Numbered from the stretch's first letter, positions 11,143 through 22,097 are shown. The stretch: DNA of 64,000 nt from Sphingomonas sp. 28-66-16 (GCA_002281485.1 NCGF01000020.1:24862-88861); one strand, 5' to 3'. Numbers and translations are program-made. The notes: generated by a model from the sequence alone, not told the origin.

Positions 11143-12042
11143 ATGACGATCAGTTTCGAGAATCGCGTTGCCATTGTCACCGGTGCCGGCGGCGGCCTGG
11201 GCCGCGCCTATGCGCTCGAACTGGCGCGGCGCGGGGCGAAAGTGGTGGTCAACGATCTCGGCGGATCGCGCGACGGCACCGGCCATTCGGATGCAGCTCT
11301 CAAGGTCGTCGAGGAAATCGAAGCCGCGGGCGGCACCGCGATGTCGAACGGCGGCAGCGTCACCGAATATGACCAGATGGTCGCGATGGTCGAGGCCGCC
11401 AAGGCGAAATGGGGTTCGATCGACATCCTGATCAACAATGCCGGCGTGCTGCGCGACAAGAGCTTCGCCAAGATGGAGCCTGCCGATTTCAAATTCGTCG
11501 TCGACGTCCATCTCAACGGCTCGGCCAATTGCACCAAGGCAGTGTGGGAGACGATGCGCGCGCAAAATTACGGGCGCGTGCTGATGACGGCGTCGTCGAC
11601 GGGCCTGTACGGAAATTTCGGCCAGGCCAATTACGGCGCCGCCAAACTGGGCCTCGCCGGGCTGACCAAGACGCTGGCGATCGAGGGCGCGAAGAACAAC
11701 ATCAAGGTCAACACGATCGCCCCGACCGCGGGCACGCGGATGACCGAAGATCTGTTCCCGGCCGAAGCCTTCGCCGCCTTTGCCCCCGAAAAGGTGGCCC
11801 CGGCCGCGCTGTTCCTGGTCTCGGACGATGCCCCGACCAACATGATCATCGGTGCCGGCGCCGGCGTGTTCCAGGCAGCCTATGTTACGCTGACCCAGGG
11901 CAAACTGCTCACGGGCGACGAACTGTCGCCCGAGGGAATCGCGGCGCATTGGAGCGAAATCACCGATCGCACCGGCGAAATGACCCCGCAATCGGGCAGC
12001 GAGCAATCGCTGAGCATCCTGAAGAAGCTTCAGGGCGGCTGA
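11143..12042 (+). CDS. Short-chain dehydrogenase (MFE-2/HSD17B4-like 3-hydroxyacyl-CoA dehydrogenase)
   Basis: TGAGGGLG, VVVNDLG, NNAGVLRD, NYGAAK. Confidence 0.9.
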   Translation: MTISFENRVAIVTGAGGGLGRAYALELARRGAKVVVNDLGGSRDGTGHSDAALKVVEEIEAAGGTAMSNGGSVTEYDQMVAMVEAAKAKWGSIDILINNAGVLRDKSFAKMEPADFKFVVDVHLNGSANCTKAVWETMRAQNYGRVLMTASSTGLYGNFGQANYGAAKLGLAGLTKTLAIEGAKNNIKVNTIAPTAGTRMTEDLFPAEAFAAFAPEKVAPAALFLVSDDAPTNMIIGAGAGVFQAAYVTLTQGKLLTGDELSPEGIAAHWSEITDRTGEMTPQSGSEQSLSILKKLQGG

Positions 12043-12168
12043 TTGCCACCCGCGTTGCGACCGGACTGAGCTAGCGAACAGCCCCGGAGCAAGCGTCGCT
12101 CCGGGGAAACCCATTTATCGGTAGCGACGCCGCTGATCGCCGCCGTGCAACCGAAAGGAGGCAAGGCA

Positions 12169-13782
12169 ATGCCGACGCAATCGCAGACCGGATCAAAGCT
12201 CAGGATTCGTCCCGCCGAACAGCGCGACATTCAGGGCATTCTCGACCTCGTCCAGCGCGTTTACACGGGCATGGGCAATTATAGCGTCGGCATGATCCGC
12301 GGGCAGATCAACAACTTCCCCGATGGGCAGTTCGTCGCCGAGCTGGGCGACGCCATCGTCGGCTATTGCGCCTCGTCGCGAATCGACGAGGCGGTCGCGC
12401 TCGCTCCGCATGACTGGGAGACGATTTCGGGCAACGGCTTTGGCAGCCGCCACGATCCGACGGGCGACTGGCTGTACGGCTTCGAACTCGCGGTCGATCC
12501 GCGCCACCGGGGGCTTCGGATCGGCAAGCGGCTCTACGAGGCGCGGCGCACGCTCGCCGAACGGCTCGAACTGCGCGGCATCGTCTTCGGCGGCCGGATG
12601 CCGGGCTATCGCCGCGCGAAATCGAAGGTCGACGGGCCCGAGGATTATCTCGCCAAGATCAAGAACGGCAAATTGCGCGACCAGGTGATCGGTTTTCAGC
12701 TCGCCAACGGCTTCGCCCCGATCGGGGTCCTGAAGGATTATCTGCCCAAGGATACCGCCTCGGGCGGGTTCGCCGCGCACATGGTGTGGCGCAATCCCTA
12801 CGTCGATCCCAGCGAACCGCCTGCTTTCCGGGTGCCCCGCGACGTCGAAAGCGTGCGGCTCGCGACCGTTCAGCTGCAGGCCCGCGCGGTCGAGAATTTC
12901 GACGAGTTCATCCGCAACGTCGAATATTTCGTCGATGTCGCATCGGACTATCACGCCAATTTCGTCGTCTTCCCCGAGCTGTTCACGCTCTCTTTGCTCT
13001 CCTTCGAGACCAAGAAGCTCTCGCCGATGGAAGCGATCGACCGGCTGACCGAGCACCGCGCGCCGCTCGTCAAGGAATTGTCGCGAATGGCGCTGCGCTA
13101 CAACATCAACATCATCGGCGGCTCGCACCCGACCCGCACCGACGACGGCGACATCCAGAACGTCGCCTATGTCTGCCTGCGCGACGGATCGGTGCATTCG
13201 CAGGAGAAGATCCATCCGACCCCCAACGAAGCCTATTGGTGGAAGATCAAGGGCGGCGATTCGGTCGACGTCATCCAGACCGATGTCGGGCCGATCGGCG
13301 TGCTGATCTGTTACGACAGCGAATTCCCCGAGCTCGCGCGCAAACTGGTCGACGAGGGCGCGCGCATCCTGTTCGTCCCCTACTGCACCGACAATCGCCA
13401 GGGATACATGCGGGTGCGCTATTGCGCGCAGGCGCGGGCGATCGAGAACCAGTGTTTCGTCGTCATGGCCGGCAATGTCGGCAATTTGCCGGGGGTCGAC
13501 AATATGGACATCCAATATGCCCAATCCTGCATCCTCACGCCGTGCGATTTTCCGTTCGCGCGCGACGGCATCGCGGCGGAAGCGAGCGAGAATATCGAGA
13601 CGCTGACGATCGCCGACGTCAACCTCGCCGATCTCACCTGGGCGCGCGCGGAGGGGACGGTCCGCAACCTCGCCGATCGCCGCTTCGATCTCTATCATAT
13701 CGACTGGAGCCACCGCCCCCGCAGCGAAGCGGACCTGTCGGGCCCCCATTCCGAACGCGCCAAGGCACCCGGCGGCGGCTGA
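12169..13782 (+). CDS. Bifunctional GNAT acetyltransferase / carbon-nitrogen hydrolase
   Basis: N-terminal GNAT (AVDPRHRGLRIGKRL), C-terminal nitrilase triad E (VFPELF), K (QEKIH), C (ICYDSEF); AGGAGG RBS. Confidence 0.88.
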   Translation: MPTQSQTGSKLRIRPAEQRDIQGILDLVQRVYTGMGNYSVGMIRGQINNFPDGQFVAELGDAIVGYCASSRIDEAVALAPHDWETISGNGFGSRHDPTGDWLYGFELAVDPRHRGLRIGKRLYEARRTLAERLELRGIVFGGRMPGYRRAKSKVDGPEDYLAKIKNGKLRDQVIGFQLANGFAPIGVLKDYLPKDTASGGFAAHMVWRNPYVDPSEPPAFRVPRDVESVRLATVQLQARAVENFDEFIRNVEYFVDVASDYHANFVVFPELFTLSLLSFETKKLSPMEAIDRLTEHRAPLVKELSRMALRYNINIIGGSHPTRTDDGDIQNVAYVCLRDGSVHSQEKIHPTPNEAYWWKIKGGDSVDVIQTDVGPIGVLICYDSEFPELARKLVDEGARILFVPYCTDNRQGYMRVRYCAQARAIENQCFVVMAGNVGNLPGVDNMDIQYAQSCILTPCDFPFARDGIAAEASENIETLTIADVNLADLTWARAEGTVRNLADRRFDLYHIDWSHRPRSEADLSGPHSERAKAPGGG

Positions 13783-13807
13783 CGGGGCCCTGGCGCCGCG
13801 CGCAGGC

Positions 13808-15340
13808 CTAGCCCGCCACGCGCATCGGCTCCCGGCCCAGTTGCGCGATCGGCAGTTGCGGGAAGAGCACGTCCATCGGCACCGATTGCCCGTTGCCCTG
13901 GACGACGCGCACGTGAAAGCGGCGGAGAAAGCGCGGCTCGGCGACGCCGCAGGAATGCGCGATCGTCTCGACGTCGTGGACGAGCGTGTGGCAGTAATTG
14001 GCGACCTTGACCGCCTTGTCGGCGGGATCGAGCCCGCGCTGGAGCCGCTTGTCGTGCGTGGTGATGCCGGTGGGGCAGGTGTTCTTGTTGCATTTGAGCG
14101 CCTGAATGCACCCGAGCGAAAACATGAAGCCGCGCGCCGAATTGACGAAATCCGCGCCGCTGCACAGCGCCCAGGCCACCTCGGCCGGCGTGACGAGCTT
14201 GCCCGAGGCGATGATCCGGATGCGATTGCGCAGGCCGTGGCGGTGCAGGATATCGGCCACCATCGGCAGCGATTCCTCGAGCGTCAGCCCGACATTGTCC
14301 ATCAACGCCATCGGCGCCGCGCCGGTGCCGCCGTCGCCGCCATCGACGGTGATGAAATCGGGCGCACTCTCGATGCCGCGCGCCAGAATTTCCTCGCACA
14401 GCGTGTCGATCCAGCCATAGGCGCCGATCACCGCCTTGAAGCCGGTCGGCTTGCCGGTCACGCGGCGGACCCGCTCGATGAAATCGAGCAGCTCGCCGAC
14501 GGTGTCGATTTCGGGATGGCGATTGGGCGAAATCGAGTCCTCACCCACCGGAATGCCGCGAATGGCGGCGATTTCCTCGGTGACCTTGGCGCCGGGGAGG
14601 ATGCCCCCCTTGCCGGGCTTGGCCCCTTGCGAGAGCTTGACCTCGAACATCCTGACCTGTTCGAGCGCGGCGATCTCGCCCAGTTTCTCCTCGCTCAGCC
14701 GGCCCCGGGCGTCGCGCACGCCATATTTGGCGGTGCCGATCTGGAAGACGATGTCCGCCCCGCCCGACAGATGATGCGGCGAGAGCCCCCCTTCGCCGGT
14801 GTTGAGCCAGCAGCCTGCCAGCTTCGCGCCGCGCGACAATGCCTGCACGGCCGGCGTCGACAGCGCGCCATAGCTCATCGCCGAGATGTTGAAGATCGAG
14901 GGCGCCATATAGGGGTGGCGGGCATAAGGGCCGATCTCCATCGGCTTGGTCCGCGCGGCATCGGTTTCCAGCGTCGGGAAAGCGCAATTGACGAAGATAT
15001 AGCTGCCCGCGTCGGTCAGATTTTTGGTCGAGCCGAACGCCTGGGTGTTGTCCTGCCCCTTTGCAGACCCGTAGATCCAGTTGCGTTCGGCGCGGTTGAA
15101 CGGCATTTCCTCGCGGTCCATCGCAAAGAAATATTGTCGGAAGAACTCGCCCAACGAGGTGAACAGATAGCGGAACCGGCCGACGACGGGAAAATTGTGG
15201 CGAACCGCATCTTTCGTCTGGGTGAGATCGACGACATAGAGAAATGCCATAAAAAGCAACGCCGCGCCGATCGCGAAGACGAAGACATAGGTCAGCAACT
15301 GCAAGGTTTGCACCAGCCAGATCGGCAGCATCTCGGCCAT
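13808..15340 (-). CDS. FMN-binding glutamate synthase family protein (membrane-anchored)
   Basis: ISAMSYGALS, NTGEGG, EVKLSQGAKPGKGG, DGGDGGTGAAP, GCIQALKCNKNTCPTGI Fe-S motif. Confidence 0.9.
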   Translation of the reverse strand: MAEMLPIWLVQTLQLLTYVFVFAIGAALLFMAFLYVVDLTQTKDAVRHNFPVVGRFRYLFTSLGEFFRQYFFAMDREEMPFNRAERNWIYGSAKGQDNTQAFGSTKNLTDAGSYIFVNCAFPTLETDAARTKPMEIGPYARHPYMAPSIFNISAMSYGALSTPAVQALSRGAKLAGCWLNTGEGGLSPHHLSGGADIVFQIGTAKYGVRDARGRLSEEKLGEIAALEQVRMFEVKLSQGAKPGKGGILPGAKVTEEIAAIRGIPVGEDSISPNRHPEIDTVGELLDFIERVRRVTGKPTGFKAVIGAYGWIDTLCEEILARGIESAPDFITVDGGDGGTGAAPMALMDNVGLTLEESLPMVADILHRHGLRNRIRIIASGKLVTPAEVAWALCSGADFVNSARGFMFSLGCIQALKCNKNTCPTGITTHDKRLQRGLDPADKAVKVANYCHTLVHDVETIAHSCGVAEPRFLRRFHVRVVQGNGQSVPMDVLFPQLPIAQLGREPMRVAG

Positions 15341-15596
15341 CAATTTCCTCCCTATCCCGCCAGCGACCGATGATCCCGACGGGTCGCGCAGGGTGATAGC
15401 AAGATTGAGAGGGCTCGTCCGCAGCGCGACGCAGGTGCCGCCCGGGATTTGTCGCAGCGGCGGTGCGCTGACGTCGCCAACCCGTGCGCTGATGATCGAA
15501 GGCTCCGCCCATAAGGCCAGCTACACGATAGCGCACGAGTGTATTGAATAGATAACACACCCATGATATCCTCCACGCACAACGGGAGGATCAATC

Positions 15597-16628
15597 ATGT
15601 ACAGCGAAAGCGATATCGATGGCGCGGTGGCCGCAGGGGTACTTTCCCCCGCTACGGCCGCCGCGTTTCGCAACTACACCGCGACCAGCCGCTACGCGCC
15701 GGCGGTCGACGAAGAACATTTCAAGCTGCTCACCGGCTTCAACGATATCTTCGTCGCGATCGCGCTGAGCCTGTCGCTTGCCGCGATCGCGCAGATCGGG
15801 AGCATGGTCGCGCCGTGGCTCGGCGGCGCGGGAGTCGCCGTCGCAGCGTGGCTGCTCGCCGAATTCTTCACGCGCCGGCGCCGCATGGCGCTGCCGAGCA
15901 TCCTGCTGCTGCTCGCCTTTGTCGGCGGGGTCGCCGCGACGATGGTCGGCGCTGTCGTCAGCTGGAACCCCGATCTGCCCGATCGGATCGACGCCGTGAT
16001 CGGTGCCGGCATCGGCCTGGCGACGGCGGGCGCGGCCTGGTTGCACTGGCGTCGCTTCATGGTGCCGATCACGGTCGCGGCGGGAGCGATCGCGCTGGTC
16101 GGGGTCGCGGTCGCACTCACCCTCGCCGCGATTCCGGCTGCCAAGGACGCGATCTATCCGATCGCACTGGCCGCCGGGCTGGGCGTGTTCGCGCTCGCGA
16201 TGTGGTGGGACATGTCCGACAAGGAGCGCCGCACGCGCCGCGCCGATGTCGCCTTCTGGCTGCATCTCGCCGCCGCACCGCTGATCGCGCACCCGATCTT
16301 CCAGATGCTCGGCGTGTTCGACCAGGACGTCGGTATCGCCAAGGCGGCGGTCGTCCTGGGGCTTTATCTCGTCTTCGCCTTTGTCGCGCTGACGGTCGAT
16401 CGCCGGGCATTGCTCGTCTCGAGCCTCGTCTATGTTCTCTACGCGATGTACGCGCTGCTGCAGAGTGCCGGCGCGGTCGAGCTCAGTGCCGCGCTCACGG
16501 CATTCGTGATCGGATCGGCGCTGCTGACCCTGTCGGTGTTCTGGCATCAGATGCGCGGCATCGCGGTTGGGATGCTCGGTAGCCTCAAGGATCGGTTGCC
16601 GCCCGTCCAGACGATGGTGCCGGCCTGA
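15597..16628 (+). CDS. Conserved hypothetical multi-pass membrane protein
   Basis: GGGAGG RBS; about 10 hydrophobic segments; DEEHFKLLTGFNDIF and DVAFWLHL motifs. Confidence 0.8.
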   Translation: MYSESDIDGAVAAGVLSPATAAAFRNYTATSRYAPAVDEEHFKLLTGFNDIFVAIALSLSLAAIAQIGSMVAPWLGGAGVAVAAWLLAEFFTRRRRMALPSILLLLAFVGGVAATMVGAVVSWNPDLPDRIDAVIGAGIGLATAGAAWLHWRRFMVPITVAAGAIALVGVAVALTLAAIPAAKDAIYPIALAAGLGVFALAMWWDMSDKERRTRRADVAFWLHLAAAPLIAHPIFQMLGVFDQDVGIAKAAVVLGLYLVFAFVALTVDRRALLVSSLVYVLYAMYALLQSAGAVELSAALTAFVIGSALLTLSVFWHQMRGIAVGMLGSLKDRLPPVQTMVPA

Positions 16629-16660
16629 CACCGATTGGATCAGCGGTTGAAGCACCCTGC

Positions 16661-16694
16661 CCCCCGGACACCCACGGCGTCCGGGGGTCTTTTT
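16661..16694 (+). terminator. Intrinsic terminator
   Basis: CCCCCGGAC/GTCCGGGGG stem followed by TCTTTTT, between convergent genes. Confidence 0.75.
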
Positions 16695-16699
16695 ATGGC

Positions 16700-17047
16700 C
16701 TATTCGGCGACCAGCTTCATCAGCCGGCGCTCGACCGGGGCGAGCACCGCGGCCAGATCATGGCCCCGTTTCAGCACCGCACCGCTTTCGGCCACCAGCG
16801 CCCACATGCCCTGACGATGGCGCAACGCCGGCCGCTTCTCGATGCGAAACTCGGGCCGTTCGGTGGCGCGGCGAAAGGCGGAGAACACCGCCGCATCGCG
16901 CCCGAGGTCCATCGCATAATCGCGCCAGTGCCCGGCCGCGACCATCCGCCCGTAGAGATCGAGGATGCGCGTGAGTTCGGCGCGATCAAAGCCGATCTGG
17001 GCGGGCGCGCGGCCCATCGGCAGCGGAAAGGGCGTGACCGTCCCCAT
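16700..17047 (-). CDS. DUF2794 family protein
   Basis: FDRAELTRILDLYGRMVAAGHWRDYA and LKRGHDL motifs. Confidence 0.85.
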   Translation of the reverse strand: MGTVTPFPLPMGRAPAQIGFDRAELTRILDLYGRMVAAGHWRDYAMDLGRDAAVFSAFRRATERPEFRIEKRPALRHRQGMWALVAESGAVLKRGHDLAAVLAPVERRLMKLVAE

Positions 17048-17068
17048 CAGGCGCCCGCCGCACCCAGA

Positions 17069-17749
17069 TCACGCACGATCGCGCAGATCCTCATGATCGG
17101 CGAGCAGCGCGTCAAGCCGCTTGCGTAACGCCACGATTTCGCAGCGCAGCAGCTCGACCTTCTGCGTTTCGGGATCGAAGATTTCGCTGCACGGCGTCCC
17201 ATAAGGCACGAACGCCTTGTCGCTCTTGCCGCCCTCGACCATCGTCGCCCGCGCCGGGATGCCGATCATCACCGCCCCCGGGATGACATCGCGCGTCACG
17301 ACCGCATTGGCGCCGACGCGCGCGCCAGCGCCGACGGTGATCGGCCCGATGACCTGCGCGCCCGAGCCGATGATGACATTGTCCAGCAACGTGGGGTGCC
17401 GCTTGCCCGCGACGCCATTGTCGGGGCTGGTGCCACCCAGCGTCACACATTGGTAGATCGTGACGTTGTCGCCGATGTCGACGGTTTCGCCGATTACGGT
17501 AAAGCCATGATCGATGAAGAAGTTACGCCCGATGGTGGCGCCGGGATGAATGTCGATCGCGGTCAGGAACCGCGCAAAATGATTGACCAGGCGGGCAAGA
17601 AAAAACAGCTCGGCACGATAGAGCGCATGGGCGACACGGTGCAGCGCGAGCGCGTGCACGCCGGGGTACAGCAATATCTCCCAGCGTGATCGCGGCGCCG
17701 GATCGCGCGCCTTGATCGAATCGAGATAGGCGATCAGTCGCTGCATCAT
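17069..17749 (-). CDS. cysE: Serine O-acetyltransferase
   Basis: RDPA, IDIHPGATIG, FIDHG, VTLGG, KRHP hexapeptide-repeat domain. Confidence 0.9.
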   Translation of the reverse strand: MMQRLIAYLDSIKARDPAPRSRWEILLYPGVHALALHRVAHALYRAELFFLARLVNHFARFLTAIDIHPGATIGRNFFIDHGFTVIGETVDIGDNVTIYQCVTLGGTSPDNGVAGKRHPTLLDNVIIGSGAQVIGPITVGAGARVGANAVVTRDVIPGAVMIGIPARATMVEGGKSDKAFVPYGTPCSEIFDPETQKVELLRCEIVALRKRLDALLADHEDLRDRA

Positions 17750-17904
17750 CGCGGCGCTCCCTGTTGAACCGGGTGGCTATTTAATCACTCCGATCGCCGA
17801 ATTCCAGAACCGCTTCATCGCGAACTATTCCGCCTGAAATCCTATCTATCTTGTAGGGTTTGGCGCGCGCCTTAAATTCAGTGCTGGTCGGGAGGAAAGC
17901 TCGG

Positions 17905-18675
17905 GTGACGATCGCGCAATTGGTGCCGTATCTGGAGACGATCTGGCCGTTCATTGCGGTCGGCTTTGCGGCCCAGATCGTCGACGGCGCGCTTGGCATG
18001 GCCTTTGGCGTCATCAACACGAGCCTGTTGATCAGCGTGCTGGGGGTCCACCCCGCCGCCGCATCGGCGAGCATCCATCCCGTCGAAACCTTCACGACGG
18101 CCGCCTCGGGGGTGAGCCACGTATTGCACCGCAATATCGACTGGCGGCTGTTCAGGCGACTGGTCGTGCCGGGGATGCTGGGCGGGGGACTGGGCGCGTT
18201 CGTCCTGAGCAACGTCGATGGCGCGGTCGCGCGCCCCTTCGTGATGGCGTATCTTTGCGCGATCGGCCTGTACCTTCTCTATCGCGCCTGGCGGGGTCGC
18301 GTCGAGCCGCGCCAGCCGCGCATCATCGAGCCGCTCGGCCTTGCCGGCGGCTTTCTCGATGCCGCCGGGGGTGGTGGCTGGGGGCCCGTGGTGACCTCCA
18401 ATCTTCTCGTCCAGGGGGCCACGCCGCGCACCACGATCGGCACCGTCAACACCGCCGAATTCTTCGTGACCGCAACCATTTCCGCGACTTTTCTGGCAAC
18501 GATCGGCTTTGCCGCCTTCACCGTCGCCACCTTCGGAATCCTGGTCGGTGGGCTCGCCGCGGCGCCGCTCGGGGCTGTGCTCGCCAAGCGCATCCCGGCG
18601 CGCGCGCTGATGGCATTGGTGGGCAGCTTGCTCACCATCACCAGTGCCTACACGATCGGGAAGGCGCTGGGCTGA
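17905..18675 (+). CDS. Sulfite exporter TauE/SafE family protein
   Basis: AQIVDGALGMAFG, DAAGGGGWGPV, GTVNTAEFFV; GTG start after GGAGG. Confidence 0.85.
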   Translation: MTIAQLVPYLETIWPFIAVGFAAQIVDGALGMAFGVINTSLLISVLGVHPAAASASIHPVETFTTAASGVSHVLHRNIDWRLFRRLVVPGMLGGGLGAFVLSNVDGAVARPFVMAYLCAIGLYLLYRAWRGRVEPRQPRIIEPLGLAGGFLDAAGGGGWGPVVTSNLLVQGATPRTTIGTVNTAEFFVTATISATFLATIGFAAFTVATFGILVGGLAAAPLGAVLAKRIPARALMALVGSLLTITSAYTIGKALG

Positions 18676-18755
18676 CTGCGGGCAGCTCCCCCCGGTCTGG
18701 GTCAGCCCGGCGCCACATACCCGCCCCAACACGCCGGCCGACATTCGCTGGCGGA

Positions 18756-18792
18756 ATCGATAACTGCCCCACCCTTGATCGCTTCAATCGAT
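18756..18792 (+). promoter_or_regulatory. Putative OxyR binding site upstream of ahpC
   Basis: ATCG-N7-(cccc)-N7-ATCG-N7-CGAT: three of four tetrads at OxyR spacing; oxyR lies in the same locus. Confidence 0.55.
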
Positions 18793-18876
18793 CACTGCGA
18801 TGAGCGCATTCAATTTATATTGCAGCGCAGAGCACCTATATACCGCAATGCAACAACACTGATGGAGATCAACACC

Positions 18877-19440
18877 ATGTCACTTATCGGCAGCACGCTG
18901 AAGCCCTTCACCGCCCAAGCCTATAAGGAAGGCAAGTTCGTGACCGTCACCGAGGCCGACGTCTCGGGCAAATGGGCGGTGTTCTTTTTCTATCCGGCCG
19001 ACTTCACCTTCGTCTGCCCGACCGAACTCGAGGACCTGGCCGATATCTATCCGACGCTCCAGAAGATGGGCGTCGAGGTTTTCTCGGTCTCGACCGACAC
19101 GCATTTCAGCCACAAGGCCTGGCATGACACGTCGCCGGCGATCGGCAAGATCAACTATTACATGCTGGGCGACCAGAACCATGTGATCAGCAACAATTTC
19201 GAGATTCTGCGCGCCGGCCAGGGCCTCGCCGATCGCGGCACCTTCGTGATCGATCCCGAGGGCGTGATCCAGCTGATGGAAGTGACGTCGGAAGGCGTCG
19301 GCCGCAACGCCGCCGAGCTGCTCCGCAAGATCAAGGCGGCGCAGTATATCGCAGCGCACCCGGGCGAAGTCTGCCCCGCCAAGTGGGAAGAGGGCGAAGA
19401 GACGCTCGCGCCCTCGCTCGATCTCGTCGGCAAGATCTGA
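18877..19440 (+). CDS. ahpC: Alkyl hydroperoxide reductase subunit C
   Basis: [14 protein letters not shown] and EVCPAKW; 187 aa. Confidence 0.97.
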   Translation: MSLIGSTLKPFTAQAYKEGKFVTVTEADVSGKWAVFFFYPADFTFVCPTELEDLADIYPTLQKMGVEVFSVSTDTHFSHKAWHDTSPAIGKINYYMLGDQNHVISNNFEILRAGQGLADRGTFVIDPEGVIQLMEVTSEGVGRNAAELLRKIKAAQYIAAHPGEVCPAKWEEGEETLAPSLDLVGKI

Positions 19441-19456
19441 CCGGTTTCCGATCAGG

Positions 19457-19486
19457 CGCCCCGGGTCGCCAATCTGGCCCGGGGCG
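19457..19486 (+). other. GC-rich stem-loop between ahpC and ahpF (mRNA stabiliser or partial terminator)
   Basis: CGCCCCGGGTC/GGCCCGGGGCG 11-bp stem, no U-tract. Confidence 0.5.
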
Positions 19487-19528
19487 GCACCCGCCGCTCC
19501 GGGCCATTTACTCTACAAGGAATTTTCG

Positions 19529-21106
19529 ATGCTCGACGCCAATCTGACGCAACAGCTCAAGGCCTATCTGGTCAACATCAAGCAACCGATCGAGCTGGTC
19601 GCTTCGGTCGGCGACGATGCCAAGTCGCGCGAGATGGCGACGTTGCTCGACGAGATCGCCGCGCTGTCGGACCAGATTGCCGTCGTCGCCGGCGACGACA
19701 AGCGCGTCCCCAGCTTCATGATCCGTCGCGTCGGCACCGATATCGGCATTCGCTTCGCCGGGCTGCCGATGGGGCATGAATTCACCTCGCTGGTGCTCGC
19801 GCTGCTCCAGGTCGGCGGGCACCCGTCGAAGGCCGCGCAGGAATTGCTCGATCAGGTCCGCGCGCTCGACGGCGATTATCATTTCGAGAGCTATTTCTCG
19901 CAGTCGTGCCAGAACTGCCCCGACGTCGTGCAGGCGCTCAACCTGATGGCGGTGCTCAACCCGCGCATCACCCATACCGCCATCGACGGCGCGCTCTTCA
20001 AGGACGAGGTCGATGCCCGCAAGGTCATGGCGGTGCCGACGGTCTTCCTCAACGATGCGCTGTTCGGCCAGGGCCGGATGGAACTCGAACAGATCGTCGC
20101 CAAGCTCGACAGCGGCGCCGAGGCCCGCGTCGCAAGGCAGATCGCGGCCAAGGACCCGTTCGAAGTGCTGATCGTCGGCGGCGGCCCTGCCGGCGGTGCT
20201 GCCGCGATCTATACCGCGCGCAAGGGCATCCGTACCGGCATCGTCGCCGAACGGATGGGCGGGCAGGTGCTCGACACGATGGGGATCGAGAATTTCATCT
20301 CGGTCTCGCATACCGAGGGCCCCAAGCTCGCCGCCGAGCTCGAACGCCACGTGCGCGACTATGACGTCGACATCATGACGCTGCAGACCGCGACGAAGCT
20401 GATTCCGGCCGAGCGCGAAGGCGGCCTGCACACGATCGAATTCGCCTCGGGTGCCGAGCTCAAGGCACGGACCGTGATCCTCACCACCGGCGCCCGCTGG
20501 CGGCAGATGGGCGTGCCCGGCGAGGACCAGTATCGCAACAAGGGCGTCGCCTATTGCCCGCATTGCGACGGCCCCTTCTATCGCGGCAAGCGCGTCGCGG
20601 TGATCGGCGGCGGCAATTCGGGCGTCGAGGCAGCGATCGACCTCGCCGGGATCGTCGCGCATGTCACTTTGGTCGAATATGACAGCCAGCTGCGCGCCGA
20701 TGCCGTGCTGCAGCGCAAGCTTTCGAGCCTGGGCAACGTCACGGTGATCAAGTCCGCGCTGACCACCGAAGTCCATGGCGACGGCGAGAAGGTGACCGGG
20801 CTGGCCTATCTCGATCGCACGACCGGCGAGCATCATGAAGTCGCGCTCGAGGGTATCTTCGTGCAGATCGGGCTGGTGCCCAACACCGAATGGCTGACCG
20901 GCACGATCGCCCTGTCACAACGCGGCGAAATCGAGATCGGCCATCGCGGCGAGACGTCGATCCCCGGCGTGTTCGCGGCCGGCGATGCGACCACCGAGCC
21001 GTACAAGCAGATCGTCGTCGCGATGGGCGCCGGCGCGACATCGGGGCTTGCCGCGTTCGACTATCTGATCCGCCTGCCCGCCGACGCGCTGGCGGAAGCC
21101 GCCTGA
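19529..21106 (+). CDS. ahpF: Alkyl hydroperoxide reductase subunit F
   Basis: CQNC N-terminal domain, GGGPAG, YCPHCDG, GGGNSG. Confidence 0.97.
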   Translation: MLDANLTQQLKAYLVNIKQPIELVASVGDDAKSREMATLLDEIAALSDQIAVVAGDDKRVPSFMIRRVGTDIGIRFAGLPMGHEFTSLVLALLQVGGHPSKAAQELLDQVRALDGDYHFESYFSQSCQNCPDVVQALNLMAVLNPRITHTAIDGALFKDEVDARKVMAVPTVFLNDALFGQGRMELEQIVAKLDSGAEARVARQIAAKDPFEVLIVGGGPAGGAAAIYTARKGIRTGIVAERMGGQVLDTMGIENFISVSHTEGPKLAAELERHVRDYDVDIMTLQTATKLIPAEREGGLHTIEFASGAELKARTVILTTGARWRQMGVPGEDQYRNKGVAYCPHCDGPFYRGKRVAVIGGGNSGVEAAIDLAGIVAHVTLVEYDSQLRADAVLQRKLSSLGNVTVIKSALTTEVHGDGEKVTGLAYLDRTTGEHHEVALEGIFVQIGLVPNTEWLTGTIALSQRGEIEIGHRGETSIPGVFAAGDATTEPYKQIVVAMGAGATSGLAAFDYLIRLPADALAEAA

Positions 21107-21194
21107 GCGCGATCGTCGCGGGGCCAGTCACGCGCGTGGCTGGCCCCGAGGCCGAAACAGGCTATCCTTGGCGCCACCAACCGGGAGACTCTGT

Positions 21195-22097
21195 TTGAGC
21201 GCGACCTATCTGCCGACGCTGAAACAGCTGCAATATCTGGTCGCGCTGCGCGACCACGGTCATTTCGGCCGCGCCGCCGATGCGTGCTTCGTCACCCAGT
21301 CGACGCTGTCGGCGGGGCTGCGCGAGCTAGAGACGCTGATCGGCGTGACCCTTGTCGAACGCACGCGCCGCGTGGTGCGCTTCACCCCGCTGGGCGACCG
21401 GATCGCCGACAAGGCGCGCCGCGTGCTGCGCGAAGCCGAGGAACTCGGCGATCTTGCCCGCGCCGCCGGGCGGCCGCTGTCGGGCGACATGCGGATGAGC
21501 GTGATCCCGACCATCGCACCGTTCATGCTGCCGCGCATCCTGCCGCGGCTGCGCGCCGATTATCCCGATCTCAAACTCTATCTGCGCGAGGAGCCGAGCG
21601 GCCCGGCGTGCGAAGGCCTCCACAACGGTCGCACCGATTGCGTCTTGCTTGCCTTGCCCTATGCCTGTGGCGAGGTGGCCTTCGAGCCGCTGTTCGACGA
21701 TCGCCTGTTCGTCGCGTTTCCGGATACGGAATATGCACCGTGCCCGGCGACGATCAGGGCGGCCGACATCGACGAGACCCGGCTGCTGCTGCTCGAAGAT
21801 GGCCACTGCCTGAAGGACCATGCGCTATCGGCCTGCAACCGGCCCGAACTGCGCGCCGAGGCGACGATGATGGGCACCTCGCTGCATACCATCGTCCAGA
21901 TGGTCGACAACGGGCTGGGGGTGACAATGCTGCCCGAAATGGCGATCACGGCGGGCATCCTCGATCATACCCATATCACCGCCCGCCCGCTCGAGGCCGA
22001 TCACCCGGTCCGCAGCATCGCGCTCGTCTGGCGGCGCGCCTCGCCGCGCGAACGCGACTTCCATCTGCTCGCCAAGGTGCTCGCCGACGCGCGTTGA
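21195..22097 (+). CDS. oxyR: Hydrogen peroxide-inducible LysR regulator OxyR
   Basis: LysR HTH, LLLLEDGHCLKDHALSAC (two redox Cys), TSLHTIVQMV. Confidence 0.92.
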   Translation: MSATYLPTLKQLQYLVALRDHGHFGRAADACFVTQSTLSAGLRELETLIGVTLVERTRRVVRFTPLGDRIADKARRVLREAEELGDLARAAGRPLSGDMRMSVIPTIAPFMLPRILPRLRADYPDLKLYLREEPSGPACEGLHNGRTDCVLLALPYACGEVAFEPLFDDRLFVAFPDTEYAPCPATIRAADIDETRLLLLEDGHCLKDHALSACNRPELRAEATMMGTSLHTIVQMVDNGLGVTMLPEMAITAGILDHTHITARPLEADHPVRSIALVWRRASPRERDFHLLAKVLADAR

